A DNA stretch of 64,000 nucleotides from Lachnospiraceae bacterium (GTDB taxonomy: Bacteria; Bacillota; Clostridia; Lachnospirales; Lachnospiraceae), in NCBI GenBank assembly GCA_014804365.1, contig JAAUZX010000045.1, positions 2,458 to 66,457 of the forward strand, in the 5' to 3' direction. Below the pieces are notes generated by a model. The model did no database searches and was not told where the DNA came from. It was given only the letters and a program-made list of their open reading frames with translations. Of this stretch, positions 49,289-58,976 are shown piece after piece. The first letter of the stretch is position 1. Each line of letters opens with the position of its first letter. The translations under genes and the position numbers were made by a program.

Positions 49289-49672
49289 ATGAGATTGGTG
49301 ATAGGCGGATATGCGCAGGGGAAATTAGATTATGTGCTTGAAAAGTATCATCTGCGGGAAAATATGGTGTGGGACGGTCATCTGCCGGCAGATGAGGCAG
49401 GACAGGCAGGTACGGTGGTCATTAATCATTTGCACCACTGGGTAAAACGGCGTATTTTGGAGGGTGGATGTCCGGAAGAGGAAATTCTGTCATTTGCAGG
49501 GAAGTTTAGCGACTGCATTATGATCAGCGATGAGATCGGAAACGGAATCGTGCCGGTCGATCCCACGGAGAGGGAATACAGAGAGCGTATGGGAAGGATT
49601 CTTATACGGCTTGCGGACATGGCGGAAGGGGTAGAACGGGTTATATGCGGAATCGGGCAGACCATCAAGTGA
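49289..49672 (+). CDS. Short CobU-like protein
   Basis: IGGYAQGK, ISDEIGNGIVP..ER.YRE..GR, VICGI. Confidence 0.8.
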   Translation: MRLVIGGYAQGKLDYVLEKYHLRENMVWDGHLPADEAGQAGTVVINHLHHWVKRRILEGGCPEEEILSFAGKFSDCIMISDEIGNGIVPVDPTEREYRERMGRILIRLADMAEGVERVICGIGQTIK

Positions 49673-50271
49673 CGTTGGTGTTTATACGGCATGGGGCGAC
49701 AAAGGCGAATAAGGAACACAGATATTTAGGGAGAACGGATGAGGGACTTTCGGAGGAAGGGATTGGAGAGTTGTTATCCTACCAAAGGCAGGGCAGCTAT
49801 CCGAATGTTGACTGTCTGTTCACCAGTCCCATGAAAAGATGTCTGGAAACGGCGCGTATTCTCTATCCGAATCTGCATCCGACAGTGATTCCGGAGTGGG
49901 CGGAAACAGATTTCGGACAATTTGAATACAAGAATTATGAAGAATTAAAAGGCGATCCGCTATATCAGGCGTGGATCGACAGCGGCGGTACACTGCCTTT
50001 TCCGGGCGGGGAGAACCGGGAGGAGTTTATTGCACGATGCGACAAAGGTTTTCTCAAGATATGCAATGAGCTGCGTCGGGAAGAATCTGCGACGGCAGGG
50101 ATTATTGTTCACGGCGGTACGATTATGGCGCTGCTTAGTAAGTATTGTGGCGGCGATTATTACGATTATCAGGTGGAAAACGGCGGCGGATACATATGCC
50201 GGATGAAAGGATGGGGAGAAGGAACAATATGCGATACCATATTATTGCATTTTTTGCCGGATTCCTGTTAG
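49645..50271 (+). CDS. cobC: Histidine phosphatase, alpha-ribazole phosphatase-like (alternative GTG start at 49669)
   Basis: RHG, SPMKRC..TA, ETDFG, VHGGTI; operon context. Confidence 0.8.
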   Translation: MRNRADHQVTLVFIRHGATKANKEHRYLGRTDEGLSEEGIGELLSYQRQGSYPNVDCLFTSPMKRCLETARILYPNLHPTVIPEWAETDFGQFEYKNYEELKGDPLYQAWIDSGGTLPFPGGENREEFIARCDKGFLKICNELRREESATAGIIVHGGTIMALLSKYCGGDYYDYQVENGGGYICRMKGWGEGTICDTILLHFLPDSC

Positions 50272-51299
50272 ACATGGTTTTCGGAGATCCTTATTTTCTG
50301 CCGCATCCGGTCAGACTTATCGGGAAACTGATAGCCGGAACGGAAAAGAGGTTGCGGGGAAGTGAAGCCAAAAAGGCGACGAAAATTGGGCAGAGCAAAA
50401 GCGGAAAGGCGGCCGGGGTATGTCAGGGAATCATACTCGTGGCGGTTGTAATTATCTGTGTTGAACTGATTGTGTCGGGTCTCTTATCGGCGGCGTACCT
50501 GCTGCACCCGTACACGGGAATGGCGCTGGAAACGCTTATGACATATCAGATTCTTGCGGGCAAATGCCTGAAGGTTGAGAGTATGAAAGTTTATCAATGC
50601 CTGAAAGAGGGAGATTTGGAAAAAGCAAGAGCGGCAGTTTCCATGATCGTGGGCAGAGATACGGATTGTCTGGACGAGGAAGGGATAGCGAAGGCGGCGA
50701 TAGAGACCGTGGCGGAGAATACTTCTGACGGGGTGATTGCGCCGATGCTGTATCTGGCTCTCGGCGGTCCCGTACTCGGTTTTTTCTATAAAGCAGTCAA
50801 TACGATGGATTCCATGGTCGGATATAAGAATGAAACTTACTTATATTTTGGCAGGGCAGCGGCGAAGCTTGATGATTTTGTAAATTTCATTCCGGCAAGA
50901 ATCAGCGCTTATCTGATGATTGCCGTGGTGTTTCTCATGGGTGGGAATTCTATAGGGAAATGTTTTGGGAAAAACAGCGGTTCGTCGGATTGCTATTCTG
51001 CAAGAAGAGCGTTTACCGTCTATCGAAGGGATCGCAGGAAACACGCAAGCCCGAATTCCGCCCAGACAGAGTCGGTGTGTGCCGGGGCGCTTGGTATCAG
51101 GCTTGCGGGCGATGCAGTCTATTTTGGTAAGAGGGTGTCAAAGCCATATATCGGGGACGCGCTTCGTAAGGTGGAATATGAGGATATCAGGCGTGCCAAC
51201 AGGCTGATGTACGGGGCGGTGTGGCTGTGCGAAATCTTGTGCCTTGGCGGGATGATCTTATGCAGTTGTATTCTATACGGAGGCTCCTTATGGCAATGA
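50229..51299 (+). CDS. cbiB: Adenosylcobinamide-phosphate synthase
   Basis: GDP..PHPV, IVGRDT, ENTSDGVIAP, NTMDSMVGY, HASPNS. Confidence 0.93.
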   Translation: MRYHIIAFFAGFLLDMVFGDPYFLPHPVRLIGKLIAGTEKRLRGSEAKKATKIGQSKSGKAAGVCQGIILVAVVIICVELIVSGLLSAAYLLHPYTGMALETLMTYQILAGKCLKVESMKVYQCLKEGDLEKARAAVSMIVGRDTDCLDEEGIAKAAIETVAENTSDGVIAPMLYLALGGPVLGFFYKAVNTMDSMVGYKNETYLYFGRAAAKLDDFVNFIPARISAYLMIAVVFLMGGNSIGKCFGKNSGSSDCYSARRAFTVYRRDRRKHASPNSAQTESVCAGALGIRLAGDAVYFGKRVSKPYIGDALRKVEYEDIRRANRLMYGAVWLCEILCLGGMILCSCILYGGSLWQ

Positions 51300-52354
51300 T
51301 TCATGGCGGTGATATTTACAGGAACTATGTGAAATCGGACTTTTCGGTCAATATAAATCCGCTGGGAATACCGGAAGAGGTGAAGACGGCGCTTTATAAC
51401 GCGGTTGCGATGTGCGGCGGATATCCGGACCCGGAAGCGGAAGCGTTAAGGAGGGCTGTCGCGGCAATGCTGGCGGTGCCGGAAGAATATCTTCTTTTCG
51501 GAAACGGTGCATCGGAACTGTTTATGGCTATCATGCATGGGATTAAACCGAAGAAGACAGTGATACCGGTTCCCTCTTTTTATGGATACGAATATGCGGC
51601 GGAAGCCGTAGGCGGAGAGATTATATATTATGAGATGAGGCGGGAAGACGCTTTTGGTCTGACGCAGGATTTCTATTCAGTATTGACAGAGGATGTGGAA
51701 CTGCTTTTTCTTGCCAATCCCAACAACCCCACGGGAAAGCTTCTGCGTAAGGAAGAACTCATAAGGATATTGGAATATTGCAAAGACCGGGGAATCTCTG
51801 TTGTGCTGGATGAATGTTTTATTGAATTTTGCGGCTGGAAAACATCTATGATTCCGGAGTGCGCACGGTTTGATAACCTGATTCTTGTCCGGGCATTTAC
51901 GAAGATTTTCTCGATTCCCGGTGTCCGTCTGGGGTATCTGGCGTGCAGTGACAGTGCGCTTCTTCGGCGGATCAAAAGGCAGCTTCCGGAGTGGAATCTT
52001 TCGGTTTTTGCGCAGGAGGCAGGTCGTGTGTGTGCGGGACAGGCAGATTTTATTGCAGAAACGGAAAGCTATATCAGGAGAGAGCGGGAGTATCTGGTAA
52101 GTGGGTTGAGAGATATGGGTTATACAGTTTATCCGTCCGAGGCAAATTTTGTCCTGATCTGCCGTGAAGAAGCTCTGCATGGAGAGTGGAGAGAGGAGCC
52201 GCACGAGAAGCTGTATGATAAGCTGCTGGCCAGAGGAATCCTGATCAGGGACTGCGAAAATTTCCGGGGATTAGGCAGAGGATATTATCGGATTGCGGTA
52301 AAGAGCAGGGCGGAAAATGACATTTTGCTGAACATGATTGCAACGGAAATCTGA
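51290..52354 (+). CDS. cobD: L-threonine-O-3-phosphate decarboxylase (class I PLP enzyme)
   Basis: HGG, DFSVNINPLG, NPNNPTG, DECF, AFTKIFSIPGVRLGY. Confidence 0.88.
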   Translation: MAMIHGGDIYRNYVKSDFSVNINPLGIPEEVKTALYNAVAMCGGYPDPEAEALRRAVAAMLAVPEEYLLFGNGASELFMAIMHGIKPKKTVIPVPSFYGYEYAAEAVGGEIIYYEMRREDAFGLTQDFYSVLTEDVELLFLANPNNPTGKLLRKEELIRILEYCKDRGISVVLDECFIEFCGWKTSMIPECARFDNLILVRAFTKIFSIPGVRLGYLACSDSALLRRIKRQLPEWNLSVFAQEAGRVCAGQADFIAETESYIRREREYLVSGLRDMGYTVYPSEANFVLICREEALHGEWREEPHEKLYDKLLARGILIRDCENFRGLGRGYYRIAVKSRAENDILLNMIATEI

Positions 52355-52396
52355 TTGATCAACGTAGTAACGGCAGAACAGGTTGGGAGATTATGA

Positions 52397-53053
52397 ATGG
52401 ATAGGATAGAGTATTTACAGCCGGGAGAAATAGAAAAACGCAGTTTCGAGATCATCAGTGATGAACTTATGAGAAGGGGTATCAGTATTCCGCCGGATGA
52501 GGAGATGATCACGAAGCGGGTTATCCACACGAGCGCGGATTTTGATTACGCTAAGACGCTTCATTTTTCAAAGGGAGCGGCAGCAGTCATGACGGAACTG
52601 ATCAGAAACGGTGCGGATATCGTGACGGATACCAATATGGCTCTGGCGGGAATTAATAAGAAGGTACTGGCAGGATTCGGCGGAGAAGCGCACTGCTTTA
52701 TGGCGGATGAAGATGTTGCGCTTTTGGCGAAGCAGAGGAATATGACAAGGGCGGCTGTCAGCATGGAAAAAGCGGCGGCTATAGAGAAACCGGTTATTTT
52801 TGCGATCGGCAATGCGCCGACGGCCTTGATTAAGTTATATGAAATGGCAAAAGAGAGCGACTGGAAACCTGCCTTTATTATCGGTGTTCCGGTGGGATTC
52901 GTGAATGTGGAGGCGGCTAAGGAACTGATATTAGAGACAGAAATTCCGTATATTGTCAATGTAGGAAGAAAGGGCGGAAGCAACGTGGCGGCGGCCATCT
53001 GCAATGCTGTTTTATATCGGGTGCAGAGAGTGTCGGAAGGAGATGCCAAGTGA
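52397..53053 (+). CDS. cbiC: Cobalt-precorrin-8 methylmutase
   Basis: IEKRSFEII, RVIHTSADF, IGNAPTAL, PVGFV, GRKGGS. Confidence 0.95.
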   Translation: MDRIEYLQPGEIEKRSFEIISDELMRRGISIPPDEEMITKRVIHTSADFDYAKTLHFSKGAAAVMTELIRNGADIVTDTNMALAGINKKVLAGFGGEAHCFMADEDVALLAKQRNMTRAAVSMEKAAAIEKPVIFAIGNAPTALIKLYEMAKESDWKPAFIIGVPVGFVNVEAAKELILETEIPYIVNVGRKGGSNVAAAICNAVLYRVQRVSEGDAK

Positions 53054-54207
53054 GATACGGATTTACCACCGGAAGCTGTGCGGCTGCTGCTGCAAAAGCT
53101 GCGGCTTACATGCTTTTGACAGGAAGAAAGAAGACGAAGATCACCATAGAGACGCCGAAAGGGATTCCCTATACGGCGCAGATTTTAGATATCAGACGCG
53201 GGGAGAACGAGGTGAGCTGTGCCGTGGAAAAAGACGGCGGAGACGATCCCGATATCACCACGGGCGCGTGGATCTGTGCCAAAGTCTCTTGTGTGAGTGA
53301 CTCTGATGAAAAAGAAAGTAAACGAGGACCGGAAGAAAGGCGAAATCAGCAGCCGGAGCTCAGAATCGAGGGCGGCATGGGCGTGGGGCGGGTGACCAGA
53401 GTGGGACTCGACCAGCCGGTAGGAAATGCGGCGATCAACCATGTGCCGCGGGAGATGATCAGAAAGGAAGTCATGGAAGTGTGCCGGATCACGGATTATT
53501 CAGGCGGTCTGGAAATCGAGATCTCGGTGCCGGGCGGAGAAGAACTGTCGGAACGTACTTTTAATCCGAAACTCGGTATCGTGGGAGGCATATCGATCCT
53601 GGGGACAAGCGGGATCGTGGAGCCTATGAGCAGCCAGGCGATCTTAGACACGATTCGGATAGAACTGCGCCAAAGAAGAGAGGAAGGTTTCGATTATGTA
53701 GCGGTTTCACCGGGTAATTACGGTCTGGATTTTATGAAAAAGACTTACGGGTATGATCTGGACAGAAGCGTGAAATGCAGCAATTTTATCGGAGAGACCA
53801 TAGACATGGCGGTAGAACTGGGATTCCGGAAAATGCTTTTAACAGGTCATATTGGCAAACTGATTAAAGTGGCAGGCGGCATTATGAATACGCATTCGAG
53901 GGAAGCGGACTGCCGGATGGAACTTCTTGCGGCGTTCTGTGTCAGGGAACAAATGGAATTAGGACAGGTGAGACGGATACTGGAGTGTGTGACCACGGAG
54001 GAGGCATTGCCTGTTCTAACGGAGAGTGGGAAGAGGCAGCCGGTGATGGATCACATCGCAGAGCGCATCTGCTATTACATGGAAAACCGTTCCGGAGGCA
54101 GACTGCAAACGGACTGTATTTTGTATGCAAACGGGTACGGAGAACTGGCAAGGAGTAAGGAGGCGGAAGCATGGTTTACTTTGTTGGCGCAGGAACAGGC
54201 GCGGTAG
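53050..54207 (+). CDS. cbiD: Cobalt-precorrin-5B C1-methyltransferase
   Basis: GFTTGSCAAAA, KDGGDDPDIT, GGISILGTSG, GHIGK. Confidence 0.95.
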   Translation: MRYGFTTGSCAAAAAKAAAYMLLTGRKKTKITIETPKGIPYTAQILDIRRGENEVSCAVEKDGGDDPDITTGAWICAKVSCVSDSDEKESKRGPEERRNQQPELRIEGGMGVGRVTRVGLDQPVGNAAINHVPREMIRKEVMEVCRITDYSGGLEIEISVPGGEELSERTFNPKLGIVGGISILGTSGIVEPMSSQAILDTIRIELRQRREEGFDYVAVSPGNYGLDFMKKTYGYDLDRSVKCSNFIGETIDMAVELGFRKMLLTGHIGKLIKVAGGIMNTHSREADCRMELLAAFCVREQMELGQVRRILECVTTEEALPVLTESGKRQPVMDHIAERICYYMENRSGGRLQTDCILYANGYGELARSKEAEAWFTLLAQEQAR

Positions 54208-54929
54208 ATTTGATAACGGTCAGAGGCATGCGGCTGCTGCAACGTGCGGATGTCATTATATATGCAGGTTCTTTGGTCAATCCGGAGCTGCTTTCTTATG
54301 CGAAGAGAAGGTGTGAAGTACATAACAGTGCTGAATTGACGTTGGAGGAAGTGCTGGAGATCATGCATAGAGCGGAAACGGAAGGAAAGGCTACGGTACG
54401 GCTTCACACCGGCGATCCCAGCGTCTATGGGACGGTCAGGGAGCAAATGGACGAATTGGATAAGATGGGGATTGCCTATGAGAGCTGTCCGGGTGTCAGC
54501 GCCTGTTTCGGTGCGGCGTCATCCCTGAATCTGGAGTATACACTGCCGGGAATATCCCAATCCCTGATCATTACAAGGATGGAAGGAAGAACAAAAGTGC
54601 CGGAGAACGAAAGTATTGAGAGCCTTGCGGCACATCAGGCGTCTATGGCGGTTTATCTGAGTGCGGGAATGCTGCAGGAATTAAGCAGGCGGCTGATACA
54701 GGGCGGTTATCGCACGGACACGCCTGCGGCGTTAATCTACAAAGCGACCTGGCCGGAAGAGGAAAGTTATATCTGTACGATAGGGACACTGTATGATACG
54801 GCGGCCGGGCATGGTATTACCAAGACTGCACTGGTGTTGGTAGGGGATGCGATTGCCCATCATCATTATGAGAGGTCCAGGCTGTATGCACCTGATTTTA
54901 CAACGGAGTTTAGACGTGGAAAAGAGTAG
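54171..54929 (+). CDS. cbiF: Cobalt-precorrin-4 C11-methyltransferase (CbiF/CobM)
   Basis: FVGAG, YAGSLV, RLHTGDPSVYG, SQSLIITR, SRLY..F. Confidence 0.93.
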   Translation: MVYFVGAGTGAVDLITVRGMRLLQRADVIIYAGSLVNPELLSYAKRRCEVHNSAELTLEEVLEIMHRAETEGKATVRLHTGDPSVYGTVREQMDELDKMGIAYESCPGVSACFGAASSLNLEYTLPGISQSLIITRMEGRTKVPENESIESLAAHQASMAVYLSAGMLQELSRRLIQGGYRTDTPAALIYKATWPEEESYICTIGTLYDTAAGHGITKTALVLVGDAIAHHHYERSRLYAPDFTTEFRRGKE

Positions 54930-54963
54930 ATTATATTTGCCATGCAGATCGATGGAGGACGGC

Positions 54964-56052
54964 ATGAAATTATGCGTGATCAGTTTTACCCGAAACGGAA
55001 GACGGCTTGCGGAGCATATTGCAAAGGCGCTGCATGAAGTAGAAACCGTATTATACACGAAGTATAAGGGCGGAACAGATGAAACGCCCGGCGTAGTATC
55101 ATGCGGAATGTCCGGGGCAGCTTCGGCTTTTGCGAAGACTTCATTCGTGGAGACGTCCTTAAACGAGTGGGCAAAGGTGCAGATGGAGGAGAGAAACGCT
55201 TTGCTTTTTATCGGTGCCTGCGGGATTGCGGTGCGGGCAATCGCCCCTTATCTGACGGATAAGCTGCATGACAGTCCGGTGCTTGTCATGGATGAACGGG
55301 GAGAATATGTGATCCCGATTCTGTCAGGGCATATGGGAGGCGCCAATGAGCTGGCTTGTTATCTGTCGGAAAAGACAGGAGCGGTGCCGGTGATCACTAC
55401 GGCGACTGATATCAATGACAAGTTTGCGATAGATTTATTTGCAAAGCAGAATGACTTATATATCGTAAATAAGGAAGGAATCGCAAAAGTTTCCGCGAAG
55501 GTATTGGCGGGGGAGGAGATTACCGTGTCTATAGAACCGGGATATGATGACAGGATGCCGGTAGGAATGTGCAGGGTATCATACCCGCCGGTACAGCATG
55601 TTGATATTTTGATTACGTCCAAGGATGATGTGCATGATGCGGCAATCTTGTTAAAACCGAAAGAGTATGCCATTGGTCTGGGCTGTAAAAAGGGGAAGAG
55701 TGCCGGTGAAATAGAAGATTTCATTATGAGAAAGCTACAAGAATACGGCGTTTCAACCATGCAGATCTTTGCGCTTTCGTCTATCTCAATTAAGAGTGAA
55801 GAGCGGGGAATTATTCGATGGTGCAGGAAAGAGCGTATTCCTTTTCTTACCTACACGGCGGAAGAATTGCAGGCAGTGGAAGGGAAAATTAAGAAATCCT
55901 CTTTTGTACAGGAGCATGTGGGTGTTGATAATGTATGTGAGCGGGCAGCGTTAAGGGCCTGCGGGGAAAGCGGACAGCTTATATGCGCGAAGTACGCAGA
56001 GAATGGCATGACTTTTGCGCTCGCTAAGAGAGTGCGGAAGAGACAGGGATAA
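54964..56052 (+). CDS. cbiG: Cobalt-precorrin-5A hydrolase
   Basis: GIAVRAIAP..K..D, ILSGHMGGAN, ITTATD, GLGCKKG, NVCERAA. Confidence 0.92.
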   Translation: MKLCVISFTRNGRRLAEHIAKALHEVETVLYTKYKGGTDETPGVVSCGMSGAASAFAKTSFVETSLNEWAKVQMEERNALLFIGACGIAVRAIAPYLTDKLHDSPVLVMDERGEYVIPILSGHMGGANELACYLSEKTGAVPVITTATDINDKFAIDLFAKQNDLYIVNKEGIAKVSAKVLAGEEITVSIEPGYDDRMPVGMCRVSYPPVQHVDILITSKDDVHDAAILLKPKEYAIGLGCKKGKSAGEIEDFIMRKLQEYGVSTMQIFALSSISIKSEERGIIRWCRKERIPFLTYTAEELQAVEGKIKKSSFVQEHVGVDNVCERAALRACGESGQLICAKYAENGMTFALAKRVRKRQG

Positions 56053-56080
56053 CAGCAGACAGCGATTGAAAGGGACGGGA

Positions 56081-56833
56081 ATGCAGATGGCTGGCAGAAT
56101 CTATATTGTAGGAATGGGACCGGGAAGGGAAGAAATGATGACAGGAGAGGCACTGTATGCATTGGAACAGGCCGATGTGATTATCGGCTATACTGTTTAC
56201 CTGAATCTTTTGCCGGAACGTTTTCGGGACAAAGAATTGTTGTCTACGCCCATGCGCATGGAGGAAGAGCGGTGCAGAATGTGTTTTACGGAAGCCGGAA
56301 AAGGAAAACGTGTGGCTCTCGTATGTAGCGGTGACGCGGGAATCTATGGGATGGCTTCCTTAATGTATGAGATCGGGCGGGAGTATTCGCAGACGGAGCT
56401 GGTAATGATTCCCGGAATCACGGCGGCAAGCAGCGGGGCGGCAGTTCTCGGAGCGCCTGTGAATCATGATTTCTGCGTGATCAGCTTAAGCGATCTGCTG
56501 ACACCGTGGGGCAAGATTGAACAAAGGCTGAAAGCGGCGGCAGAGGGAGATTTTGCGATCGTGCTCTATAATCCGTCCAGCCATAAGCGGAAGGATTATC
56601 TGATGAGAGCCTGTGATATTCTGCTTACTGCCGTGGAGGAGGAACGAGTCTGCGGATATGTGGAGAATATAGGCAGGGAGGGAACAAAAGCTGAAGTTTG
56701 CACTCTGCGGGAATTGCGGAACAGAGAGGTAAACATGTTTACCACAGTATTTATCGGGAATTCCGGTTCTGAGATTATAAACGGGAAATTGATTACGAAG
56801 CGGGGATATCAGATTGAGCGAGATCACAGATAA
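56081..56833 (+). CDS. cbiH: Cobalt-precorrin-3 C17-methyltransferase (CbiH/CobJ)
   Basis: VGMGPG, SGDAGIYGMA, HDFCVISLSDLLTPW, LYNP, KRGY. Confidence 0.93.
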   Translation: MQMAGRIYIVGMGPGREEMMTGEALYALEQADVIIGYTVYLNLLPERFRDKELLSTPMRMEEERCRMCFTEAGKGKRVALVCSGDAGIYGMASLMYEIGREYSQTELVMIPGITAASSGAAVLGAPVNHDFCVISLSDLLTPWGKIEQRLKAAAEGDFAIVLYNPSSHKRKDYLMRACDILLTAVEEERVCGYVENIGREGTKAEVCTLRELRNREVNMFTTVFIGNSGSEIINGKLITKRGYQIERDHR

Positions 56834-58919
56834 AGACAAAAGAAAAGAGAAATCGGGGGAGGTACTGGTTTTTGCGGGAACCACCGAGGGCAGAAAGGTA
56901 TCGGCATGTCTGGCGGCAGCAGGGGTAGGACATACGGTCTGTGTCGCCACGGAATACGGCGGCATTGTTTTGAGCCCGCACCCTCTTGTCAGGGTCCGCC
57001 GGGGAAGAATGAACCGGGAGGAGATCACTGCTTTTTTACAAAATGAAAGATTCAGGGCGGTGGTGGATGCAACCCATCCTTATGCGAAAGAGATTACGCA
57101 CAATATCAAAGAGGCGGTGAAGGAGTTAGCGGAGCAGGGAGAGGACATTGTCTGCTTGCGGCTCAAACGGGATAACACCCGGCCGGACAGGTTAGAAGAT
57201 CATATCGCCTTTTTTGAGACGAATGAAGAATGTGCGGAAGCTTTGGAACATACGGAAGGGAATATTCTGTTGACGACTGGGAGCAAGGAACTGCCGATAT
57301 ATTGTAGATCGGAGAATATGAAAAGCAGACTGTATGTAAGGGTTCTTCCCGGCATGGAAAGTCTTTCTCTCTGTATGGAGCAGGGGATTTGCGGGAAACA
57401 GATCATTGCCATGCAGGGTCCCTTCACTGCGGAAATGAATGAAGCGATGATCCGTCAATACCGTATCTCCTGTTTAGTGACAAAGGAAAGCGGCGTATCC
57501 GGCGGATATGGGGAGAAATTGGAGGCGGCAGTGAAGACGGGAACACAGGTGTTTGTCATCGGACGACCGGAGGAGGAAGAGGGATACTCTTTTGCCGAAA
57601 CGTGTGCGGAACTGGAAAAAATCTGCGGGAAAGAATTTCGGAAACAGGGACGGCTGGAGATTACCCTGGCGGGTATCGGCATGGGCCATGAAAACTGCAT
57701 GACAGAAGAAGTGCGTAAGGCGGTAGAAGAAGCGGATATTCTGTTCGGTGCGGAAAGAATGTTTCGGGAGCCGTCATTGAAATGTTGCAAAGGTAATTGC
57801 AAGGAGATTTATTTTGCCTACAAGGCAGAGCAGATCATCCCGTGCTTGCGGGAAGCACAGGAAAAGAATCAATTTACGGAAGATAAACGGGCGGTTGTCC
57901 TTTTTTCCGGAGACAGTGGTTTCTACAGCGGCTGCCATGCTCTGTACGCGGCTTTGGAGCAGGAGATCCGGGAGCAAAGATTGAGGGCGGAAGTGCATAT
58001 TATGCCCGGCATTTCTTCAGTAGCCTGTCTTGCGTCCTGCATCGGAATAAGTTATCAGGATGCGGCTGTCTATAGTATGCATGGCAAGGAAGTGTGTAAT
58101 CTGATCCGCAGGATAAAGCACAATTCGAAGACATTCCTGCTCATGTCCGGCGTTCGGGATGTGAACCGTCTCGGCAGACTGCTGATAGAAGCGGACATGA
58201 CGGAGTGCAGGATCGTGACGGGATATCGGCTATCCTACGAAGATCAGATGGTCACAAACCATACGCCGCAGGAGTGCTGTGAATTAAAACGGGAAGGGCT
58301 GTATACCTGTTTTGTCAGCAATCCATATGCGACGGACAGACAACTGACGCACGGTATTGCGGATGTAGAATTTGTCAGGGATAAAGTGCCCATGACGAAA
58401 GAAGAGATACGGGAAGTCAGTATTTGCAAACTGCGCTTACATGATAAGGCAGTGGTCTACGATGTCGGCAGCGGAACCGGTTCTGTGGCGGTGGAAACAG
58501 CGTCGTTGTCGGATGATATACAGGTATATGCCATAGAACGGAACAAGGAAGCGGTCTCCCTGATCAAAAGAAATCAGGAGAAATTCGGGTTGCAGAATAT
58601 TACGGTGGTTGAAGGTGCGGCACCGGAAAGCTTATCCGGCTTGCCTAAGGCGACACACGCATTTATCGGAGGAAGCGGCGGCAGATTGAAAGATATATTG
58701 TCGGTGCTCAGACAGATCAATCCCGAAATGCGTGTTGTGATCAATGCCGTTACGATGGAGACTGTCTGTGAAGTGAAAGAGATTTTGTCATTGTATGATA
58801 TCCGGGAGGAAGAAATCGTACAGATACAGGCAAGCCGCGCAAGAAAAGCAGGGAGTTATCATTTGATGCAGGCTGAAAATCCAGTCTGGATATGTGCGTT
58901 GCGGTTTACAGGTGATTGA
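56814..58919 (+). CDS. Fused CbiJ (precorrin-6A reductase) - CbiE - CbiT methyltransferase/decarboxylase
   Basis: FAGTTEGR, DATHPYA, MQGPF, TKESG (CbiJ); SGDSGFY, PGISS (CbiE); PMTKEEIR, DVGSGTGS, FIGGSGG (CbiT). Confidence 0.9.
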   Translation: MSEITDKDKRKEKSGEVLVFAGTTEGRKVSACLAAAGVGHTVCVATEYGGIVLSPHPLVRVRRGRMNREEITAFLQNERFRAVVDATHPYAKEITHNIKEAVKELAEQGEDIVCLRLKRDNTRPDRLEDHIAFFETNEECAEALEHTEGNILLTTGSKELPIYCRSENMKSRLYVRVLPGMESLSLCMEQGICGKQIIAMQGPFTAEMNEAMIRQYRISCLVTKESGVSGGYGEKLEAAVKTGTQVFVIGRPEEEEGYSFAETCAELEKICGKEFRKQGRLEITLAGIGMGHENCMTEEVRKAVEEADILFGAERMFREPSLKCCKGNCKEIYFAYKAEQIIPCLREAQEKNQFTEDKRAVVLFSGDSGFYSGCHALYAALEQEIREQRLRAEVHIMPGISSVACLASCIGISYQDAAVYSMHGKEVCNLIRRIKHNSKTFLLMSGVRDVNRLGRLLIEADMTECRIVTGYRLSYEDQMVTNHTPQECCELKREGLYTCFVSNPYATDRQLTHGIADVEFVRDKVPMTKEEIREVSICKLRLHDKAVVYDVGSGTGSVAVETASLSDDIQVYAIERNKEAVSLIKRNQEKFGLQNITVVEGAAPESLSGLPKATHAFIGGSGGRLKDILSVLRQINPEMRVVINAVTMETVCEVKEILSLYDIREEEIVQIQASRARKAGSYHLMQAENPVWICALRFTGD

Positions 58920-58976
58920 TTGGCAGGATATGTGCATAAACATTGTGCGCGGAATAAATATGGAGAAACAGATCAC

